From: Lingula anatina
Taxonomy: Eukaryota; Animalia; Brachiopoda
NCBI GenBank assembly: GCA_051362555.1
Contig: CM120641.1
Span: forward strand, 23,876,401 to 23,940,400
Reading direction: 5' to 3'
DNA: 64,000 bases
A model generated the notes under the pieces. It saw nothing but the letters and a program-made list of their open reading frames with translations. It did no database searches and was not told the origin of the DNA. Each line of letters opens with the position of its first letter. Within the stretch, counting starts at the first letter, position 1. Shown here piece after piece: positions 1-11,102 of this stretch. The position numbers and the translations under genes were made by a program.

Positions 1-255
1 AATTTCAGCTTTAAAGATTGCAAGAAAGCACACCTGAGAACAGGATTTGGAGAGGGGGGGTGGAGAGAGTTTTTGCTCTATTTCTTCCTTAATAATGATA
101 CAACCACTCTTTCAGTACTTTACCCTCACTACAAATGACCAAACACACCTACCTGACACAATATTGAAGAAAAAAATTTTTCATCCCTACCTGGCCAAAA
201 TTGAAGAAAACTGCCATATCCGGACCTTACGAAAATCACTCAAATTCACCCAAAA

Positions 256-617
256 ATGACCCGTCACCAATTTTTCCAAAAAGTGATGAAAATCAATTTA
301 CCACACCTATCATTCATAAAAAATGTGGAAACGCGCCCGGATCACTACATTAAAGCCCCCAATTTCAGCTTTAAAGATTGCAAGAAAGCACACCTGAGAA
401 CAGGATTTGGAGAGGGGGGGGGTGGAGAGAGTTTTTGCTCTATTTCTTCCTTAATAATGATACAACCACTCTTTCAGTACTTTACCCTCACTACAAATGA
501 CCAAACACACCTACCTGACACAATATTGAAGAAAAAAAAATTTCATCCCTACCTGGCCAAAATTGAAGAAAACTGCCATATCCGGACCTTACGAAAATCA
601 CTCAAAATCACCCAAAA
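256..617 (+). repeat. Representative full 362-bp monomer (class A: CGCCCGGATCACTAC, TGCAAG, pure G tract)
   Basis: ATGACC at 256 to the next ATGACC at 618 is 362 bp. The phase is arbitrary. Confidence 0.97.
509..572 (+). repeat. Internal diverged direct repeat in every monomer (CCTACCTGACACAATATTGAAGAAAA / CCTACCTGGC-CAAAATTGAAGAAAA), ~38-bp period
   Basis: The two copies share CCTACCTG and ATTGAAGAAAA at nearly the same spacing. Shown here for the first full monomer. Confidence 0.85.
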
Positions 618-2428
618 ATGACCCGTCACAAATTTTTCCAAAAAGTGATGAAAATCAATTTACCACACCTATCATTCATAAAAAATGTGGAAACGCGCCC
701 AGATCACTTCATTAAAGCCCCCAATTTCAGCTTTAAAGATTGCCAGAAAGCACACCTGAGAACAGGATTTGGAGAGTGGGGGGGTGGAGAGAGTTTTTGC
801 TCTATTTCTTCCTTACTAATGATACAACCACTCTTTCAGTACTTTACCCTCACTACAAATGACCAAACACACCTACCTGACACAATATTGAAGAAAAACA
901 TTTTTCATCCCTACCTGGCCAAAATTGAAGAAAACTGCCATATCCGGACCTTACGAAAATCACTCAAAATCACCCAAAAATGACCCGTCACAAATTTTTC
1001 CAAAAAGTTATGAAAATCAATTTACCACACCTATCATTCATAAAAAATGTGGAAACGCGCCCGGATCACTTCATTAAAGCCCCCAATTTCAGCTTTAAAG
1101 ATTGCCAGAAAGCACACCTGAGAACAGGATTAGGAGAGGGGGGGGGGTGGAGAGAGTTTTTGCTCTATTTCTTCCTTAATAAAGATACAACCACTATTTC
1201 AGTACTTTACCCTCACTACAAATGACCAAACACACCTACCTGACACAATATTGAAGAAAAAAAATTTTCATCCCTACCTGGCCAAAATTGAAGAAAACTG
1301 CCATATCCGGACCTTACAAAAATCACTCAAAATCACCCAAAAATGACCCATCACCAATTTTTCCAAAAAGTGATGAAAATCAATTTACCACACCTATCAT
1401 TCATAAAAAATGTGGAAACGCACCCGGATCACTTCATTAAAGCCCCCAATTTCAGCTTTAAAGATTGCCAGAAAGCACACCTGAGAACAGGATTTGGAGA
1501 GTGGGGGGGTGGAAAGAGTTTTTGCTCTATTTCTTCCGTACTAATGATACAACCACTCTTTCAGTACTTTACCCTCACTACAAATAACCAAACACACCTA
1601 CCTGACACAATATTGAAGAAAAAAAATTTTCATCCCTACCTGGCCAAAATTGAAGAAAACTGCCATATCCGGACCTTACGAAAATCACTCAAATTCAACC
1701 AAAAATGACCCGTCACCAATTTTTCCAAAAAGTGATGAAAATCAATTTACCACACCTATCATTCATAAAAAATGTGGAAACGCGCCCGGATCACTACATT
1801 AAAGCCCCCAATTTCAGCTTTAAAGATTGCAAAAAAGCACACCTGAGAACAGGATTTGGAGAGGGGGGGGTGGAGAGAGTTTTTGCTCTATTTCTTCCTT
1901 AATAATGATACAACCACTCTTTCAGTACTTTACCCTCACTACAAATGACCAAACACACCTACCTGACACAATATTGAAGAAAAAAAATTTTCATCCCTAC
2001 CTGGCCAAAATTGAAGAAAACTGCCATATCCGGACCTTACGAAAATCACTCAAAATCAACCAAAAATGACCCGTCACCAATTTTTCCAAAAAGTGATGAA
2101 AATCAATTTACCACACCTATCATTTATAAAAAATGTGGAAACGTGCCCAGATAACTTCATTAAAGCCCCCAATTTCAGCTTTAAAGATTGCAAGAAAGCA
2201 CACCTGAGAACAGGATTTGGAGGGGGGGGGGGGTGGAGAGAGTTTTTGCTCTATTTCTTCCTTAATAATGATACAACCACTCTTTCAGTACTTTACCCTC
2301 ACTACAAATGACCAAACACACCTACCTGACACAATATTGAAGAAAAAAATTTTTCATCCCTACCTGGCCAAAATTGAAGAAAACTGCCATATCCGGACCT
2401 TACAAAAATCACTCAAAATCACCCAAAA

Positions 2429-2781
2429 ATGACCCGTCACCAATTTTTCCAAAAAGTGATGAAAATCAATTTACCACACCTATCATTCATAAAAAATGTG
2501 GAAACGAGCCCGGATCACTTCATTAAAGCCCCCAATTTCAGCTTTAAAGATTGCCAGAAAGCACACCTGAGAACAGGATTTGGAGAGGGGGGGGGGGTGG
2601 AGAGAGTTTTTGCTCTATTTCTTCCTTAATAAAGATACAACCACTCTTTCAGTACTTTACCCTCACTACAAATGACCAAACACACCTACCTGACACAATA
2701 TTGAAGAAAAAAAATTTTCATCCCTACCTGGCCAAAATTGAAGAAAACTGCCTTACAAAAATCACTCAAAATCACCCAAAA
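2429..2781 (+). repeat. Variant monomer with 11-bp deletion (CTGCC^TTAC at ~2752)
   Basis: CTGCCATATCCGGACCTTAC is reduced to CTGCCTTAC. Monomer length is 353 bp. Confidence 0.95.
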
Positions 2782-5700
2782 ATGACCCGTCACCAATTTT
2801 TCCAAAAAGTGATGAAAATCAATTTACCACACCTATCATTCATAAAAAATGTGGAAACGCACCCGGATCATTTCATTAAAGCCCCCAATTTCAGCTTTAA
2901 AGATTGCCAGAAAGCACACCTGAGAACAGGATTTGGAGAGTGGGGGGGTGGAGAGAGTTTTTGCTCTATTTCTTCCTTACTAATGATACAACCACTCTTT
3001 CAGTACTTTACCCTCACTACAAATGACCAAACACACCTACCTGACACAATATTGAAGAAAAAAAATTTTCATCCCTACCTGGCCAAAATTGAAGAAAACT
3101 GCCATATCCGGACCTTACGAAAATCACTCAAATTCACCCAAAAATGACCCGTCACCAATTTTTCCAAAAAGTGATGAAAATCAATTTACCACACCTATCA
3201 TTCATAAAAAATGTGGAAACGTGCCCAGATAACTTCATTAAAGCCCCCAATTTCAGCTTTAAAGATTGCCAGAAAGCACACCTGAGAACAGGATTTGGAG
3301 AGGGGGGGGGTGGAGAAAGATTTTGCTCTATTTCTTCCTTAATAATGATACAACCACTCTTTCAGTACCTTACCCTCACTACAAATGACCAAACACACCT
3401 ACCTGACACAATATTGAAGAAAAAAATTTTTCATCCCTACCTGGCCAAAATTGAAGAAAACTGCCAAACCCGGACCTAACGAAAATCACTCAAAATCACC
3501 CAAAAATGACCCGTCACAAATTTTTCCAAAAAGTGATGAAAATCAATTTACCACACCTATCATTCATAAAAAATGTGGAAACGCACCCGGATCACTTCAT
3601 TAAAGCCCCCAATTTCAGCTTTAAAGATTGCCAGAAAGCACACCTGAGAACAGGATTTGGAGAGTGGGGGGATGGAGAGAGTTTTTGCTCTATTTCTTCC
3701 TTACTAATGATACAACCACTCTTTCAGTACTTTACCCTCACTACAAATGACCAAACACACCTACCTGACACAATATTGAAGAAAAAAATTTTTCATCCCT
3801 ACCTGGCCAAAATTGAAGAAAACTGCCATATCCGGACCTTACGAAAATCACTCAAATTCACCCAAAAATGACCCGTCACCAATTTTTCCAAAAAGTGATG
3901 AAAATCAATTTACCACACCTATCATTCATAAAAAATGTGGAAACGCGCCCGGATCACTACATTAAAGCCCCCAATTTCAGCTTTAAAGATTGCAAGAAAG
4001 CACACCTGAGAACAGGATTTGGAGAGGGGGGGGTGGAGAGAGTTTTTGCTCTATTTCTTCCTTAATAATGATACAACCACTCTTTCAGTACTTTACCCTC
4101 ACTACAAATGACCAAACACACCTACCTGACACAATATTGAAGAAAAAAAATTTTCATCCCTACCTGGCCAAAATTGAAGAAAACTGCCATATCCGGACCT
4201 TACGAAAATCACTCAAAATCACCCAAAAATGACCCGTCACAAATTTTTCCAAAAAGTGATGAAAATCAATTTACCACACCTATCATTCATAAAAAATGTG
4301 GAAACGCGCCCAGATCACTTCATTAAAGCCCCCAATTTCAGCTTTAAAGATTGCCAGAAAGCACACCTGAGAACAGGATTTGGAGAGTGGGGGGGTGGAG
4401 AGAGTTTTTGCTCTATTTCTTCCTTACTAATGATACAACCACTCTTTCAGTACTTTACCCTCACTACAAATGACCAAACACACCTACCTGACACAATATT
4501 GAAGAAAAACATTTTTCATCCCTACCTGGCCAAAATTGAAGAAAACTGCCATATCCGGACCTTACGAAAATCACTCAAAATCACCCAAAAATGACCCGTC
4601 ACAAATTTTTCCAAAAAGTTATGAAAATCAATTTACCACACCTATCATTCATAAAAAATGTGGAAACGCGCCCGGATCACTTCATTAAAGCCCCCAATTT
4701 CAGCTTTAAAGATTGCCAGAAAGCACACCTGAGAACATGATTTGGAGAGGGGGGGGGGGGTGGAGAGAGTTTTTGCTCTATTTCTTCCTTAATAAAGATA
4801 CAACCACTCTTTCAGTACTTTACCCTCACTACAAATGACCAAACACACCTACCTGACACAATATTGAAGAAAAAAAATTTTCATCCCTACCTGGCCAAAA
4901 TTGAAGAAAACTGCCATATCCGGACCTTACAAAAATCACTCAAAATCACCCAAAAATGACCCGTCACCAATTTTTCCAAAAAGTGATGAAAATCAATTTA
5001 CCACACCTATCATTCATAAAAAATGTTGAAACGCACCCGGATCACTTCATTAAAGCCCCCAATTTCAGCTTTAAAGATTGCCAGAAAGCACACCTGAGAA
5101 CAGGATTTGGAGAGTGGGGGGGTGGAGAGAGTTTTTGCTCTATTTCTTCCTTACTAATGATACAACCACTCTTTCAGTACCTTACCCTCACTACAAATGA
5201 CCAAACACACCTACCTGACACAATATTGAAGAAAAAAAATTTTCATCCCTACCTGGCCAAAATTGAAGAAAACTGCCATATCCGGACCTTACGAAAATCA
5301 CTCAAATTCAACCAAAAATGACCCGTCACCAATTTTTCCAAAAAGTGATGAAAATCAATTTACCACACCTATCATTCATAAAAAATGTGGAAACGCGCCC
5401 AGATCACTTCATTAAAGCCCCCAATTTCAGCTTTAAAGATTGCCAGAAAGCACACCTGAGAACAGGATTTGGAGAGTGGGGGGGTGGAGAGAGTTTTTGC
5501 TCTATTTCTTCCTTACTAATGATACAACCACTCTTTCAGTACTTTACCCTCACTACAAATGACCAAACACACCTACCTGACAAAATATTGAAGAAAAACA
5601 TTTTTCATCCCTACCTGGCCAAAATTGAAGAAAACTGCCATATCCGGACCTTACGAAAATCACTCAAAATCACCCAAAAATGACCCGTCACAAATTTTTC

Positions 5701-6728
5701 CAAAAAGTTATGAAAATCAATTTACCACACCTATCATTCATAAAAAATGTGGAAACGCGCCCGGATCACTTCATTAAAGCCCCCAATTTCAGCTTTAAAG
5801 ATTGCCAGAAAGCACACCTGAGAACAGGATTTGGAGAGGGGGGGGGGGTGGAGAGAGTTTTTGCTCTATTTCTTCCTTAATAAAGATACAACCACTCTTT
5901 CAGTACTTTACCCTCACTACAAATGACCAAACACACCTACCTGACACAATATTGAAGAAAAAAAATTTTCATCCCTACCTGGCCAAAATTGAAGAAAACT
6001 GCCATATCCGGACCTTACAAAAATCACTCAAAATCACCCAAAAATGACCCGTCACCAATTTTTCCAAAAAGTGATGAAAATCAATTTACCACACCTATCA
6101 TTCATAAAAAATGTGGAAACGCACCCGGATCACTTCATTAAAGCCCCCAATTTCAGCTTTAAAGATTGCCAGAAAGCACACCTGAGAACAGGATTTGGAG
6201 AGTGGGGGGGTGGAGAGAGTTTTTGCTCTATTTCTTCCTTACTAATGATACAACCACTCTTTCAGTACTTAACCCTCACTACAAATGACCAAACACACCT
6301 ACCTGACACAATATTGAAGAAAAAAAATTTTCATCCCTACCTGGCCAAAATTGAAGAAAACTGCCATATTCGGACCTTACGAAAATCACTCAAATTCAAC
6401 CAAAAATGACCCGTCACCAATTTTTCCAAAAAGTGATGAAAATCAATTTACCACACCTATCATTCATAAAAAATGTGGAAACGTGCCCAGATAACTTCAT
6501 TAAAGCCCCCAATTTCAGCTTTAAAGATTGCCAGAAAGCACACCTGAGAACAGGATTTGGAGAGGGGGGGGTGGAGAAAGATTTTGCTCTATTTCTTCCT
6601 TAATAATGATACAACCACTCTTTCAGTACCTTACCCTCACTACAAATGACCAAACACACCTACCTGACACAATATTGAAGAAAAAAATTTTTCATCCCTA
6701 CCTGGCCAAAATTGAAGAAAACTGCCAA

Positions 6729-6745
6729 ACCCGGACCTTACGAAA
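6729..6745 (-). other. CENP-B-box-like 17-mer (TTTCGTAAGGTCCGGGT), example of the best-matching allele
   Basis: Matches 8 of 9 core positions of NTTCGNNNNANNCGGGN with exact spacing, lacking only the central A. Function is not demonstrated. Confidence 0.35.
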
Positions 6746-8213
6746 ATCACTCAAAATCACCCAAAAATGACCCGTCACAAATTTTTCCAAAAAGTTATGA
6801 AAATCAATTAACCACACCTATCATTCATAAAAAATGTGGAAACGCGCCCGGATCACTACATTAAAGCCCCCAATTTCAGCTTTAAAGATTGCAAGAAAGC
6901 ACACGTGAGAACAGGATTTGGAGAGGGGGGGGTGGAGAGAGTTTTTGCTCTATTTCTTCCTTAATAATGATACAACCACTCTTTCAGTACTTTACCCTCA
7001 CTACAAATGACCAAACACACCTACCTGACACAATATTGAAGAAAAAAAATTTTCATCCCTACCTGGCCAAAATTGAAGAAAACTGCCATATCCGGACTTT
7101 ACAAAAATCACTCAAAATCACCCAAAAATGACCCGTCACCAATTTTTCCAAAAAGTGATGAAAATCAATTTACCACACCTATCATTCATAAAAAATGTGG
7201 AAACGCACCCGGATCACTTCATTAAAGCCCCCAATTTCAGCTTTAAAGATTGCCAGAAAGCACACCTGAGAACAGGATTTGGAGAGTGGGGGGGTGGAGA
7301 GAGTTTTTGCTCTATTTCTTCCTTACTAATGATACAACCACTCTTTCAGTACTTTACCCTCACTACAAATGACCAAACACACCTACCTGACACAATATTG
7401 AAGAAAAAAATTTTTCATCCCTACCTGGCCAAAATTGAAGAAAACTGCCATATCCGGACCTTACGAAAATCACTCAAATTCACCCAAAAATGACCCGTCA
7501 CCAATTTTTCCAAAAAGTGATGAAAATCAATTTACCACACCTATCATTCATAAAAAATGTGGAAACGCGCCCGGATCACTACATTAAAGCCCCCAATTTC
7601 AGCTTTAAAGATTGCAAGAAAGCACACCTGAGAACAGGATTTGGAGAGGGGGGGGTGGAGAGAGTTTTTGCTCTATTTCTTCCTTAATAATGATACAACC
7701 ACTCTTTCAGTACTTTACCCTCACTACAAATGACCAAACACACCTACCTGACACAATATTGAAGAAAAAAAATTTTCATCCCTACCTGGCCAAAATTGAA
7801 GAAAACTGCCATATCCGGACCTTACGAAAATCACTGAAAATCACCCAAAAATGACCCGTCACCAATTTTTCCAAAAAGTGATGAAAATCAATTTACCACA
7901 CCTATCATTCATAAAAAATGTGGAAACGTGCCCAGATAACTTCATTAAAGCCCCCAATTTCAGCTTTAAAGATTGCCAGAAAGCACACCTGAGAACAGGA
8001 TTTGGAGAGGGGGGGGGGTGGAGAAAGATTTTGCTCTATTTCTTCCTTAATAATGATACAACCACTCTTTCAGTACCTTACCCTCACTACAAATGACCAA
8101 ACACACCTACCTGACACAATATTGAAGAAAAAAAATTTTCATCCCTACCTGGCCAAAATTGAAGAAAACTGCCAAACCCGGACCTTACGAAAATCAGTCA
8201 AAATCACCCAAAA

Positions 8214-10384
8214 ATGACCCGTCACAAATTTTTCCAAAAAGTTATGAAAATCAATTAACCACACCTATCATTCATAAAAAATGTGGAAACGCGCCCGGAT
8301 CACTACATTAAAGCCCCCAATTTCAGCTTTAAAGATTGCAAGAAAGCACACCTGAGAACAGGATTTGGAGAGGGGGGGGTGGAGAGAGTTTTTGCTCTAT
8401 TTCTTCCTTAATAATGATACAACCACTCTTTCAGTACTTTACCCTCACTACAAATGACCAAACACACCTACCTGACACAATATTGAAGAAAAAAAATTTT
8501 CATCCCTACCTGGCCAAAATTGAAGAAAACTGCCATATCCGGACCTTACGAAAATCACTCAAAATCACCCAAAAATGACCCGTCACAAATTTTTCCAAAA
8601 AGTGATGAAAATCAATTTACCACACCTATCATTCATAAAAAATGTGGAAACGCGCCCGGATCACTTCATTAAAGCCCCCAATTTCAGCTTTAAAGATTGC
8701 CAGAAAGCACACCTGAGAACAGGATTTGGAGAGTGGGGGGGGTGGAGAGAGTTTTTGCTCTATTTCTTCCTTACTAATGATACAACCACTCTTTCAGTAC
8801 TTTACCCTCACTACAAATGACCAAACACACCTACCTGACACAATATTGAAGAAAAACATTTTTCATCCCTACCTGGCCAAAATTGAAGAAAACTGCCATA
8901 TCCGGACCTTACGAAAATCACTCAAAATCACCCAAAAATGACCCATCACCAATTTTTCCAAAAAGTGATGAAAATCAATTTACCACACCTATCATTCATA
9001 AAAAATGTGGAAACGCACCCGGATCACTTCATTAAAGCCCCCAATTTCAGCTTTAAAGATTGCCAGAAAGCACACCTGAGAACAGGATTTGGAGAGTGGG
9101 GGGGTGGAGAGAGTTTTTGCTCTATTTCTTCCTTACTAATGATACAACCACTCTTTCAGTACTTTACCCTCACTACAAATAACCAAACACACCTACCTGA
9201 CACAATATTGAAGAAAAAAAATTTTCATCCCTACCTGGCCAAAATTGAAGAAAACTGCCATATCCGGACCTTACGAAAATCACTCAAATTCAACCAAAAA
9301 TGACCCGTCACAAATTTTTCCAAAAAGTTATGAAAATCAATTAACCACACCTATCATTCATAAAAAATGTGGAAACGCGCCCGGATCACTACATTAAAGC
9401 CCCCAATTTCAGCTTTAAAGATTGCAAGAAAGCACACCTGAGAACAGGATTTGGAGAGGGGGGGTGGAGAGAGTTTTTGCTCTATTTCTTCCTTAATAAT
9501 GATACAACCACTCTTTCAGTACTTTACCCTCACTACAAATGACCAAACACACCTACCTGACACAATATTGAAGAAAAAAAATTTTCATCCCTACCTGGCC
9601 AAAATTGAAGAAAACTGCCATATCCGGACCTTACGAAAATCACTCAAAATCATCCAAAAATGACCCGTCACAAATTTTTCCAAAAAGTTATGAAAATCAA
9701 TTTACCACACCTATCATTCATAAAAAATGTGGAAACGCGCCCGGATCACTTCATTAAAGCCCCCAATTTCAGCTTTAAAGATTGCCAGAAAGCACACCTG
9801 AGAACAGGATTTGGAGAGTGGGGGGGGTGGAGAGAGTTTTTGCTCTATTTCTTCCTTACTAATGATACAACCACTCTTTCAGTACTTTACCCTCACTACA
9901 AATGACCAAACACACCTACCTGACACAATATTGAAGAAAAACATTTTTCATCCCTACCTGGCCAAAATTGAAGAAAACTGCCATATCCGGACCTTACGAA
10001 AATCACTCAAAATCACCCAAAAATGACCCATCACCAATTTTTCCAAAAAGTGATGAAAATCAATTTACCACACCTATCATTCATAAAAAATGTGGAAACG
10101 CACCCGGATCACTTCATTAAAGCCCCCAATTTCAGCTTTAAAGATTGCCAGAAAGCACACCTGAGAACAGGATTTGGAGAGTGGGGGGGTGGAGAGAGTT
10201 TTTGCTCTATTTCTTCCTTACTAATGATACAACCACTCTTTCAGTACTTTACCCTCACTACAAATAACCAAACACACCTACCTGACACAATATTGAAGAA
10301 AAAAAATTTTCATCCCTACCTGGCCAAAATTGAAGAAAACTGCCATATCCGGACCTTACGAAAATCACTCAAATTCAACCAAAA
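8214..10384 (+). repeat. Tandem duplication of a 3-monomer block (~1085-bp period)
   Basis: Monomers 8214/8575/8938 match 9300/9660/10023 and share the T-G8 tract, the CCCAT SNP and the AAATAACC SNP. Confidence 0.85.
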
Positions 10385-10745
10385 ATGACCCGTCACCAAT
10401 TTTTCCAAAAAGTGATGAAAATCAATTTACCACACCTATCATTCATAAAAAATGTGGAAACGCGCCCGGATCACTACATTAAAGCCCCCAATTTCAGCTT
10501 TAAAGATTGCAAAAAAGCACACCTGAGAACAGGATTTGGAGAGGGGGGGGTGGAGAGAGTTTTTGCTCTATTTCTTCCTTAATAATGATACAACCACTCT
10601 TTCAGTACTTTACCCTCACTACAAATGACCAAACACACCTACCTGACACAATATTGAAGAAAAAAAATTTTCATCCCTACCTGGCCAAAATTGAAGAAAA
10701 CTGCCATATCCGGACCTTACAAAAATCACTCAAAATCACCCAAAA

Positions 10746-11102
10746 ATGACCCGTCACCAATTTTTCCAAAAAGTGATGAAAATCAATTTACCACACCTAT
10801 CATTCATAAAAAATGTGGAAATGAGCCCGGATCACTTCATTAAAGCCCCCAATTTCAGCTTTAAAGATTGCCAGAAAGCACACCTGAGAACAGGATTTGG
10901 AGAGGGGGGGGGGGGGGGTGGAGAGAGTTTTTGCTCTATTTCTTCCTTAATAAAGATACAACCACTCTTTCAGTACTTTACCCTCACTACAAATGACCAA
11001 ACACACCTACCTGACACAATATTGAAGAAAAAAAATTTTCATCCCTACCTGGCCAAAATTGAAGAAAACTGCCTTACAAAAATCACTCAAAATCACCCAA
11101 AA
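10746..11102 (+). repeat. Second copy of the 11-bp-deletion monomer, with a G15 tract
   Basis: Same junction at ~11073 and same GAGCCCGG SNP as 2429. Length is 357 bp. Confidence 0.95.

Noticed and set aside
408-432. GGAGAGG/GGAG as Shine-Dalgarno sites or a bacterial phase-variable poly-G tract
   Set aside because: It is not placed upstream of the ATG, and nothing else in the window looks prokaryotic. It is better explained as homopolymer slippage and/or sequencing error in a satellite.
256-617. 5S rDNA, tRNA, snRNA or spliced-leader RNA tandem array (similar unit sizes)
   Set aside because: I found no recognisable 5S, tRNA, U-snRNA or SL sequence on either strand and no convincing Pol III A/B/C boxes. 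An Infernal/Rfam scan would be the formal test.
256-617. Monomer as a dimer of ~181-bp subunits or a trimer of ~121-bp subunits
   Set aside because: Only short shared words were found (AAATGACC, CACACCT, CCGGA), at inconsistent offsets. I could not align the halves or thirds by eye.
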